A program made the position numbers and the translations under genes. A DNA stretch of 64,000 nt from Rebecca billardiae RCC1528. Lineage: Eukaryota; Protista; Haptophyta. The DNA lies in NCBI GenBank assembly GCA_965240325.2, contig OZ251232.1:1054001-1118000 (forward strand), written 5' to 3'. Every line of letters starts with the position of its first letter. Position 1 is the first letter of the stretch. Positions 18,514-29,108 of the stretch are shown in pieces. A model generated the notes under the pieces. The model searched no databases and was not told where the DNA came from. It was given only the letters and a program-made list of their open reading frames with translations.

Positions 18514-18713
18514 TCTTACTCTGGCGCAGAAAATTTTCGTCGAAAACTAACGCACTTTGGTCCGCCGCTGGCTCGGCCCCCAAGTCCTAAGTTTTTTCCG
18601 CGGATGGCGGGTCGGCGGCTGAGGGTCGGCGGCGGCCGCCCGGGATGCCGACATCGTCGCGCGAGCTCGGCCCAAGTCTTAAGTGCGGATCGAAATATGT
18701 TTTGGGGATGGTC

Positions 18714-19029
18714 GGCCTCTCTAAAGTTGAGACCCGAAGCTTCGCCGGCATGGTCGCCTTTTTTTACTGGTGGGGGCGCTGGTCTGTCCTGGTGGAAAAA
18801 CCTGGCGGAGTGCTCGAAGTGGCCTCTAAAGTTGAGACCCGAAGCTTCACCGGTAAAATCATGGTCGCCTCGCGAGTTTTTACTGGCGGGGCGCTGGTCT
18901 GTCCTGGTGGAAAAACCTGGCGGAGTGCTCGAAGTGGCCTCTAAAGTTGAGACCCGAAGCTTCACCGGTAAAATCATGGTCGCCTCGCGAGTTTTTACTG
19001 GCGGGGCTCTGGTCTGTCCTGGTGAAAAG
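18714..19029. repeat. Subterminal tandem repeat, three units of ~105-115 bp
   Basis: CTCTAAAGTTGAGACCCGAAGCTTC recurs at 18719, 18824 and 18939. Confidence 0.92.
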
Positions 19030-19138
19030 CGAGATCCGGAAAGCTTCGGCCTTGGATCACTGGTAGTTCTTGGCCGGCTCGCAAGCTTCGGCCTTGGAAC
19101 TGAGCTTCGGCGGCCGCCCTCGGTTTGTCTTGGCGGGA

Positions 19139-19382
19139 TCGTAGCGCGCAGTGTATCGAAGTGGCGTCTAAATTTTCGCTTGTGAAAGCATGGTTTTCAG
19201 CGCGAAAATCACCGGCATTTGCCAGTCTCGTTTCGGGTGGCAAACACCGGTGATTTCGGAGGGGCGGGAGGGATGGAGGGTGTGCGCGGATGCGCGAAAA
19301 TGACCTGCGAGTGCCGGCCATTTTGTGACGGCGCGGCGGCCGGGGGTAAACTGTCCTGGTGAGTAGGTAATACCTTCTCTCT
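19139..19382 (-). repeat. Right terminal inverted repeat (244 bp)
   Basis: Reverse complement of 5537-5780. Confidence 0.97.
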
Positions 19383-19433
19383 CAGCCGCCATAGTGCGGG
19401 CGACGTGCCCACGGCCCACAATCCACATGCGCG

Positions 19434-19619
19434 AATTTGTGCGACGTTGCCTCACGTTCACCGCGACGAGCCACGAGGTCGGGCGCGGTCCGCTCCGCCT
19501 CGGCCCGCTCCGACTCCGCGACGCGCTCTTGACAGTTTCCGCGTGGGCCGTCCGGAAGTCAAGAACCCCTCCTACTTGTCGACGGCGCCGACCTCGCCGC
19601 GCTGAACGTCGCACAAATT
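19434..19619. repeat. Imperfect fold-back palindrome (~186 bp)
   Basis: AATTTGTGCGACGTT (19434-19448) pairs with AACGTCGCACAAATT (19605-19619). Inner arms are CGAGGTCGG/CCGACCTCG and TCTTGAC/GTCAAGA. Confidence 0.75.
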
Positions 19620-20075
19620 TGAGATTGGTACGGTTGGTACCCCGGGCGCGGGCCGCATGCCAGGTCCGCGCGGCTCTGTGGGCAAGCGAGCCAAGGGGCG
19701 CAGCGAGTCCGGTGCCGGCTGTCGTACGGGGAGAGCGCGAGCGCGATCTGGGTAACCACTAACCTGACAGTTAGAATAGCCAATAGGGGTTCGGCCCTTT
19801 ACTATCGCAACCGCCTTACCCGCCCGCCTCGCTTCATTAATTGACAGTACGTATGGATATCGTTGATACATTATTGGTTGATGTGCGTTTGAGTGGTACA
19901 GATGGTACAGAACAACACAACAGAAGAGCTCGTCGTCCAAAAATAAATGGCTAAGCGCCGTAGAACTGCTGATGAATACGGATATTCATTCGCTGCGCCT
20001 GATCTAGAGCGCCCTCGGCGTTGAGATCTAGATCACGCGGCTGCGCGCCCAGCGGTGCCCCTCCGCGCCCTCGCT

Positions 20076-23000
20076 ATGCCACGCAAAGGGGCGATGACAG
20101 GCTCTGGGGTCGCCACAGCGGTGGTGCCCACCGCCGCGCGTGCGCTTGCAACGCCCACCCATGCGCTCGCACCGCGCGCGCTCATGAGTGTCGCCCGAGC
20201 CCCGAGGGCTTTGACCGACTCGCCGACCTGCTGCTGGCGAGGCGCACGCGCGGCGCCTGCCGACACCCGGCTGGAGCGGGACGCTCGCACTGCGCCGCCT
20301 CTCGTCGCTGCGATCGCTCGAATCGCGAGGAAGACGACGCAGCTGCTGGGACCCATCGCCTGGCTGGCGTGTGGCGCCAGTGCTCGCGCTGCTGGTGTGA
20401 TCGGGCCGCCCCGGCCGGTGGCGAGAAGCCTCGGATCGCACTTCCGAGCGGCGGTCGCCATTCTGCTGCTCATGCTCGGCTGCCCGCAGCCGGCCGCCGC
20501 TGCGATCAACTCGTGCGCTGTGTACAGCGCGGCGATGACCACTTGCCTCGCCGATCCAAGCACGTGCATCTCCCTGTGCGCGCGCGACCGCCCCGCGCCT
20601 CCGCTCGCGCGCTGCTTGCGATTGCTGCCCGGCCCATCTCGCTCGCTCGATCCCCCATCTCGCTCGCTCGACCGCCGCGTGCGTGCGTGACGCGACGTCG
20701 TGCCCGTCGCCGGCGCTGCCTGCTGCCTGTGCGTGCAGGGATGTGAACTCGCAGATCGTGACCACGTGCACGCTGCCCACCGAGATGGGCTCCCTCACGA
20801 AGCTGACGTACCTCGACCTGAGTGACACGTTGGCTGCGTTTGCGATGCCGACGGAGATCGGCGCGCTGACCGCGCTCACGCACTTCGACGCGTACAACGC
20901 CTACTTCAACACGGCGATCCCGTCGCAGCTGGGCGGCTGCACGGCGCTCACGCACCTCAACCTCGGGTTCAACGTCTTCACCGGCCAGATACCGTCCGAG
21001 CTCGGGCTGCTCACGGCGCTTGACTTCCTGCGCGCGAGCCAGCAGACGATCGCGGGCCAGATCCCCTCCGAGCTGGGCGCGCTGACGCGGCTGGCCAACC
21101 TCGAGCTGTGGCTGTCGAGCCTGAGCGGGAGCGTGCCGCCCGAGCTCGGCGCGCTCACGGCGCTGACGAACCTCAAGCTCGACCGCACCTCGCTTGACCA
21201 GGCGCTCCCGACCGAGATTGGCGGCTGGACGGCCGTGACCAACTTGGACGTGTACCAGACGTCCATCCCCGGCTCGGTGCCGACGGAGATCGGGAAGATG
21301 AGCGCGACGGTCGTGCTCGAGCTGGACACGAACTCGCTGTCGTACACGATCCCCACGGAGATCGCGCGCCTGACCCGCGCCACGCACATCTTCCTTAACA
21401 ACAACCCCGCGCTCACGGGCACGCTCCCAACCGAGGTGTCAGCATTCAGCAGCATCGTCTACTTTGGGCTGACCGGCGTGGACGTGTGCGGCTCGGACTA
21501 CGGGCTGGGGTGGGTTGCCTCGCCACCCGGGCCCCCGGGGCTGCCCAGGCCGTGCCCCTCGCCACCGCCGCCGCTTTCGCCACCGCCGCCGATGCTGCCG
21601 CCCTCACCGCCGCCGAGCCCGCCGCCCTCGCCGCCGCCGAGCCCGCCGCCCTCGCCGCCGCCTTCGCCACCGCCGCCGTCGCCGCCGCCGAGTCCGCCAC
21701 CGAGTCCACCGCCCTCGCCTCCGCCGAGCCAGCCTCCCAGCCCTCCGCCCTCGCCGCCTCCGAGCCCGCCTCCGCCCTGGCCACCGCCCAGCCCGCCACC
21801 GTCGCCGCCGCCGAGCCCTCCGCCCTTGCCGCCCCCGCCGCCGCGCACAGAGCCGTTCCCGCCGCCGTCGCCGCCGAGCCCGCCACCCAGCCCACCGCCG
21901 CCCTTGCCTCCGCCCAGCCCGCCGCCGCCGAGCCCGCCGCCGAGCCCGCCGCCGAGCCCGCCGCCGAGCCCGCCGCCGCCGAGCCCGCCGCCCAGCCCGC
22001 CACCGGCGCCACCGCCCAACCCGCCGCCGAGCCCGCCGCCACCATATCCGCCGCCGAGCCCGCCGCCCTCGCCGCCGCCCAGCCCGCCGCCCAGCCCGCC
22101 GCCGAGCCCACCGCCACCATCTCCGCCGCCGAGCCCGCCGCCCTCGCCTCCGCCAAGCCCGCCGCCCTCGCCGCCACCGTCACCACCGCCGTCGCCGCCG
22201 CCGAGCCCACCGCCGTCTCCGCCACCGAGCCCGCCCCCTAAACCGCCGCCGAGCCCACCGCCGTCTCCGCCGCCGGCGCCTCCACCGAGCCCACCGCCGA
22301 GCCCACCGCCCACGCCGCCGCCGAGCCCGCCGCCGCCCTCGCCGCCGCCCCGCCCGCCACCCTCGCCACCGCCGAGCCCGCCGCCGAGCCCGCCACCGTC
22401 CCCACCGCCGTCGCCGCCGCCGAGCCCGCCGCCGGGCCCGCCGCCGAGCCCGCCACCATTACCACCGCCGAGCCCACCGCCGAGCCCGCCGCCACCGTCG
22501 CCGCCGCCGAGCCCGCCACCTTCGCCACCGCCCAGCCCGCCACCGTCGCCACCGCCGCCCTCGCCACCGCCTTTGCCGCCGCCCTCACCGCCGCCGAGCC
22601 CACCGCCGAGCCCGCCGCCCCCCAGCCAGCCGCCCTCACCGCCGCCATCTCCCCCGCCGTCACCACCGCCCTCGCCGCCGCCACCATCCCCACCACCCAG
22701 CCCGCCGCCAAGCCCACCGCCGCCATTGCCGCCACCATCGCCGCCGCCATCATCGCCACCCAGCCCGCCGCCCAGCCCGCCACCGCCCAGCCCGCCGCCG
22801 TCGCCACCACCCTCGCCACCGCCCTCGCCGCCACCATCGCCGCCACCACCTTCACCACCGCCAAGTCCGCCGCCGAGCCCACCGCCCTGGCCGCCACCGA
22901 GCCCACCGCCATATTCCCCGCCGCTGCCGCCGCCGACCCCGCCGCCAAGCCCACCGCCGTCGCCGCCACCATCTCCGCCGCCGAGCCCGCCGCCAAGCCC

Positions 23001-26000
23001 GCCGCCGCCTTTGCCGCCGCCGAGCCCGCCGCCTTCGCCGCCGCCGAGCCCGCCACCAAGTCCACCGCCGCCGAGCCCGCCGCCATCACCGCCACCGGGC
23101 CCGCCACCGAGCCCCCCACCGAGCCCGCCGCCGTCGCCGCCGCCTAGCCCGCCACCCAGCCCACCCCCAAGCCCACCGCCGCCATCACCTCCGCCAAGCC
23201 CGCCGCCCTCACCGCCGCCCTCTCCGCCGCCCTCACCGCCACCGCCCTCGCCGCCACCAAGCCCGCCTCCGAGTCCTCCCCCGTCGCCACCACCGAGTCC
23301 TCCTCCGCCCTCGCCACCGCCGAGCCCGCCACCGTCGCCACCGCCGAGCCCGCCACCGAGCCTGCCACCGAGCCCACCACCAAGCCCGCCACCGAGCCCA
23401 CCGCCAAGCCCGCCACCACCGTCGTCGCCACCGAGCCCGCCGCCCTCGCCGCCGCCGAGTCCACCGCCAAGCCCGCCGCCGCCGAGCCCGCCGCCGTCGC
23501 CACCGCCCTCACCACCGCCTAGCCCGCCACCGAGCCCACCGCCGCCATCGCCGCCGCCGGCTCCGCCGCCGAGCCCTCCGCCCTCGCCACCACCATCGCC
23601 ACCGCCGCCCTCGCCGCCGCCGAGCCCGCCACCGAGCCCGCCGCCCTCGCCACCGCCGAGTCCGCCGCCACCATCGCCACCGCCGAGCCCTCCGCCATCG
23701 CCTCCACCGAGCCCGCCGCCAAGCTTGCCACCGAGCCCGCCGCCGTCTCCGCCGCCGAGCCCACCGCCGAGCCCGCCGCCACCGTCGCCGCCGCCCTCAC
23801 CGCCACCCTCACTGCCACCGAGCCCGCCACCAAGCCCACCGCCGCCGAGCCCACCGCCCTCGCCGCCGCCCTCGCCACCGCCGAGCCCGCCTCCGAGCCC
23901 GCCGCCGCCCTCGCCGCCGCCCTCGCCGCCGCCGACTCCGCCACCCTCGCCGCCACCGTCGCCACCGCCGCCCTCGCCGCCGCCGAGCCCGCCGCCAAGC
24001 CCACCACCGTCGCCACCGCCGAGCCCGCCGCCACCCTCACCGCCGCCGAGCCCACCGCCCTCGCCGCCGCCGAGCCCACCACCGAGCCCGCCGCCGAGCC
24101 CGCCGCCGTCGCCGCCGCCGAGCCCGCCGCCAAGCCCGCCGCCACCGTCGCCGCCCCCAAGCCCGCCGCCCTCACTTCCACCGAGCCCGCCACCAAGCCC
24201 GCCGCCGCCGATCCCACCGCCATCGCCGCCACCGTCATCGCCACCTAGCCCACCACCGAGCCCGCCGCCACCATCGCCGCCGCCCTCGCCGCCGCCAGGC
24301 TCGCCGCCCTCACCGCCTCCCTCGCCACCGCCGCCCTCACCGCCTCCGAGCCCACCGCCGTCGCCGCCGCCGAGCCGACCACCGAGCCCGCCGCCGAGCC
24401 CGCCGCCATCGCCGCCGCCGAGCCCGCCGCCAAGCCCGCCGCCACCGGCGCCGCCGCCCTCACCGCCGCCCTCACTGCCGCCGAGTCCGCCACCAAGCCC
24501 ACCGCCGCCGAGCCCGCCGCCCTCGCCGCCGCCCTCGCCACCGCCGAGCCCGCCTCCGAGCCCGCCGCCGCCCTCGCCGCCGCCCTCGCCGCCGCCGACT
24601 CCGCCACCCTCGCCGCCACCGTCGCCACCGCCGCCCTCGCCGCCGCCGAGCCCGCCGCCAAGCCCACCACCGTCGCCACCGCCGAGCCCGCCGCCACCCT
24701 CACCGCCGCCGAGCCCACCGCCCTCGCCGCCGCCGAGCCCACCACCGAGCCCGCCGCCGAGCCCGCCGCCGTCGCCGCCGCCGAGCCCGCCGCCAAGCCC
24801 GCCGCCACCGTCGCCGCCCCCAAGCCCGCCGCCCTCACTCCCACCGAGCCCGCCACCAAGCCCGCCGCCGCCGATCCCACCGCCATCGCCGCCGCCGTCA
24901 TCGCCGCCTAGCCCACCACCGAGCCCGCCGCCACCATCGCCGCCGCCCTCGCCGCCGCCAGGCTCGCCGCCCTCACCGCCTCCCTCGCCACCGCCGCCCT
25001 CGCGGCCACCGAGCCCGCCGCCGAGCCCGCCACCTATGCCACCGCCGAGTCCGCCGCCGCCCTCGCCACCGCCGAGCCCTCCGCCCTCGCCGCCGCCGAG
25101 CCCGCCGCCGAGCCCGCCGCCACCGGCGCCGCCGCCCTCACCGCCGCCCTCACTGCCGCCGAGTCCGCCACCAAGCCCACCGCCGCCGAGCTCGCCACCC
25201 TCCCCACCACCGTCACCTCCGCCCAGCCCACCACCGAGCCCGCCGCCTCCCTCGCCGCCGCCCTCGCCGCCGCCAAGCCCGCCGCCGTTGCCGCCACCGT
25301 TGCCGCCGCCGCCCTCGCCGCCGCCGAGCCCGCCGCCGAGCCCGCCGCCTTTGCCACCACCGAGTCCGCCGCCACCGTCGCCGCCACCGAGCCCTCCGCC
25401 CTCGTCGCCGCCGAGCCCGCCGCCGAGCCCGCCGCCTCGCCCGCCACCGTCGCCGCCGCCTCGCCCGCCGCCGAGCCCGCCGCCACCCTCGCTTCCGCCG
25501 AGCCCGCCACCAGTACCGCCGCCGAGCCCGCCGCCGAGCCCGCCGCCGCCGAGCGCGCCGCCCTCGCCGCCACCGAGCCCGCCGCCCTTGCCGCCGCCGA
25601 GCCCGCCGCCGCCCTCGCCCCCGCCCTCGCCGCCGCCGAGCCCTCCGCCCTCCCCGCCGCCCTCGCCACCGCCGCCCTCGCCGCCACCGAGCCCGCCACC
25701 GAGCCCGCCGCCGCATCCACCGCCGAGCCCACCACCGCCATCGCCTCCGCCGAGCCCGCCGCCGAGCCTGCCGCCTCTCCCACCGCCGAGCCTTCCCCCG
25801 CCGTTGCCACCACCGAGCCCGCCGCCTTCTGCGCCGCCAAGCCCGCCGCCCAGTCCGCCGCCACCGCTGCCGCCGCCAAGCCCGCCGCCCAGCGCGCCGC
25901 CATCGCCTCCGCCGAGCCCGCCGCCTCCTTCGCCGCCCCCGAGCCCGCCTCCGTCGCCACCTCCGAGCCAGCCCCCCTTGCCGCCGCCAAGCCCGCCTCC

Positions 26001-29000
26001 CGCGCCACCACCGAACCTGCCGCCAAGCTCGCCGCCGCCAAACCTGCCGCCGAGCCCGCCACCCTCGCCGCCACCGCAACCGCCGCCCTCGCCGCTGCCC
26101 CCGAGCCCACGGCCACTGCCGCCCCCGGCTGCGCCGCCGAACCCGCCTCCGAGCCCACCGCCGCCGCCGCCGACGCCCTCAGCACCACCCTCGCCGCCGC
26201 CATCTCCGCAGTCGCCGCCGATGTCGCCGCCGCCGCCGCCGCCACAGCCGCCGCCGGATGCTCCGCCGAGCCTGCCGCCGCCGAGCCCGCCGCCAAGTCC
26301 GCCGCCGCCGCCGCGCGCGGAGCCGTTCCCGCCGCCGGCGCCGCCGAGCCCGCCGCCGAGCCCGCCGCCATCGGCGCCGCCGAGCGCGCCGCCGCGCGCG
26401 CCGCCGAGCCTGCCGCCGCATTCGCCACCGAGCCTGCCGCCGAGCCCGCCACCACCATCTCCGCAGCCGCCGCCGATGTCACCGCCGCCGCCGCCGCCAC
26501 CGCCGCCTCCGAATGCTCCGCCGAGCCTGCCGCCGCCGAGCCCGCCGCCAAGTCCACCGCCGCCGCCGCGCGCCGAGCCGTTCCCGCCGCCGGCGCCGCC
26601 GAGCCCGCCGCCGAGCCCGCCGCCATCGGCGCCGCCGAGCGCGCCGCCGCGCGCGCCGCCGAGCCTGCCGCCGCATTCGCCACCGAGCCTGCCGCCGAGC
26701 CCGCCACCACCATCTCCGCAGCCGCCGCCGATGTCACCGCCGCCGCCGCCGCCACCGCCGCCTCCGAATGCTCCGCCGAGCCTGCCGCCGCCGAGCCCGC
26801 CGCCAAGTCCACCGCCGCCGCCGCGCGCCGAGCCGTTCCCGCCGCCGGCGCCGCCGAGCCCGCCGCCGCCGAGCCCGTCACCATCGTCACCGCCGCATCC
26901 ACCACCATCCCTGCCCCCTCGCCCGCCGCCCGGGCCGCCTCCGGACGCGCCGCCCCACGCGCCGCCCGACCCGCCGCCGCCGCCTCCGGCCGTGGGCGCG
27001 CTGCTGAGCGGCGCCGCGCCGGCGGGGGCGCCGCTCGGCACGTCGAGCGCGGTCACGCTGTCGGGCGTGGGCTTCGCGTCGCTCGCTGACGGCGCGCAGT
27101 GCGAGTTCGCTCGCGTGCGCGCCGATGGCGCCCTGGACGCGCCGCCGCCGCTCCGCACCGCCGCCGCTGCGCTCGACGACGCGCGCGTGGCGTGCGCACC
27201 GCCCGCCGCCGCCGTGGCGGGCGCGGGTGTGTTCAGCGTGAGCCTCGCGCTGGGCGGCGGCGGGGCGCGCGTCGAGCCGCTCTTCGAGCCGATCCTCTTC
27301 GAGCTGTACGACCTGAGCGCCGTCTCGGTCGCGTCGGTGCACCCGCCCGGCGGCCCCGTGCGCGGCGGCACAGCGGTGACGGTGCTGGGCCCGGGCTTTG
27401 CCGAGTACGGCGCCGGGCTGCTGTGCTGCGTGCTGGCCGGCGGCGGCGGCGCCGGCGGCTGCGCGGCGCCGGCGACACTGCTCGCCCCCGCGGCGGACGG
27501 GTCGAGCCGCGCGCGCTGCACGCTCCCGCCCGCGCCCATCGGCGCGGCCGCGTCGTACGCCCTCGAGATCTCGCTGGGCAACGGCACCGCCGACTCGACC
27601 ACGGCTGGCGGCGGCGCGCGCTACGCCTACTACGACGAGCCGACGCTGCTGCGCGTGCACCCGGCGGCGGGCGACGCGATGGGCGGCACGAGCGTGGAGG
27701 TGCTCGGCGAGGGGCTCGACGCGCTGGGCGAGCTGTCCCTGCTGCGCGTCTCCTTTGGCGCCGCGCTCGCCTCCGCGCCGACGCGCGGCAACGGCACGCA
27801 CGTGGGCGTGGTCACGCGGTACGGCGGCGCGGGGCGCGCGGCCGTGCGCGTGTCGCTCAACGGGCAGCAGTTCACGCCCGACGAGGCGGAGGCGGAGTCG
27901 GAGGGCGGCGTATTCTTCGAGTTCGTCGGGCTGCACCCGCCGCAGCTGCTCTCGGCGGCCTTCAGCGCCGAGGCGACCGCGCTGCTGCTGCGCTTCGACG
28001 CGCAGCCGACCGACCGCGCGGGCATGTCGGGCGCGCAGCCGTGCAGCGTCGCGCTCGACGACGGCAGCGTCGACCTGTTGCGCGGCGGCGGCAGCGCGGC
28101 GCCGCTGTGCTACTGGGCGGACGACAGCACGCTGGTGGCGCAGCTCGATGCGCGCACCGCCGTGCGGCCGGGCAGCACGCTCGCGCTGCGCGGCGCCGCG
28201 CTGCTGCCCCGCGCGTGCGCGGACGGCTGCGCCGAGCGCGAGCAGCTGTACGCGGCCGGCGGCGCGGCGGTTGACGCGGACGCGCCGTGCGGCGAGGGCG
28301 TGCCGTGCCCGGCGCCCGAGCCGGCGGTCTCGGGGCCGTCGAGCATCTCGAACTGCCCGGGCGCGTCGCTGCAGTTCGACGCCTCCGCCTCGTCGGCCGG
28401 CGGCATCGGGCCCGCCGCCTTTGAGTGGCGCGTCGACCCGAGCCGCTCGGCGCGCGCGGCGTCGCTCAACGCGCGGCTGAGCGCGCTGCCGGCCGACACG
28501 TCGGTGCTGGCGCTGGGCGGCGACGAGCTGGGCGTGAGCGGCGGCTTTGTGTTCGTGCTGCGCGTGACCTCGTTCCTCGGTGTCGTCTCCGCGCCCGTCG
28601 AGATTGCAATCTCGCGCGCGGGCGGCGCGGTCCCGAGCCTCGCGATCGCAGGCCCCTCGGAGGTGCGGGTGCGTGTGTCTCAAGCGCTGCTGCTGCGCGG
28701 CGACGCGGCGCTCGCGCCGTGCTGGCCGGCGGCGTTCGAGCCGACGATGGGCTTCGAGTGGCACGTGGCGGGCGTGGCACTGAGCGCCGACCCGAGCGCC
28801 GACGCCTCCGCCGCGGCGCTCCCCGACCTCAGCGGCGAGCGCCTCGCCTCGCTGCAGCTGCCGCCGCACTCGCTGAGCGCTCGGCACACATACACGTTTG
28901 AGCTGCAAGCCAGCATGGCCGCCGCGCCCTCGCAGGCGGCGGCGGTGAGCGTGCGCGTGGTGGTGCTGCGCGAGGCGCTGCGCGCGGTGATCGCCGGCGG

Positions 29001-29071
29001 CGACCGGCGCGTCTCGGCCGGCGCCGCGCTGCTCGTCGACGGCAGCGCCTCGCTCGACCCCAACCAGCCGG

Positions 29072-29108
<37 letters not shown>

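Larger units (their letters stand above)
5537..19382. mobile_element. Endogenous Polinton-like virus (PgVV/Gezel-like capsid module), 13,846 bp, apparently intact
   Basis: 244-bp TIRs, AG...CT termini, flanks CAGGCG (5531-5536) and CAGCCG (19383-19388). Compact intronless genes for MCP, mCP, packaging ATPase, pPolB, Tlr6F and lipase. GC content is visibly lower than the flanking host genes. Confidence 0.95.

Noticed and set aside
18714-19029. Possible CRISPR-like array
   Set aside because: Whole units repeat with no unique spacers, and there are no cas genes; it is a plain tandem repeat.
21498-27602. 2034-aa Gly-rich minus-strand ORF and 1830-aa Arg-rich plus-strand ORF
   Set aside because: These are shadow frames of the Ser-Pro repeat; extreme GC removes stop codons.
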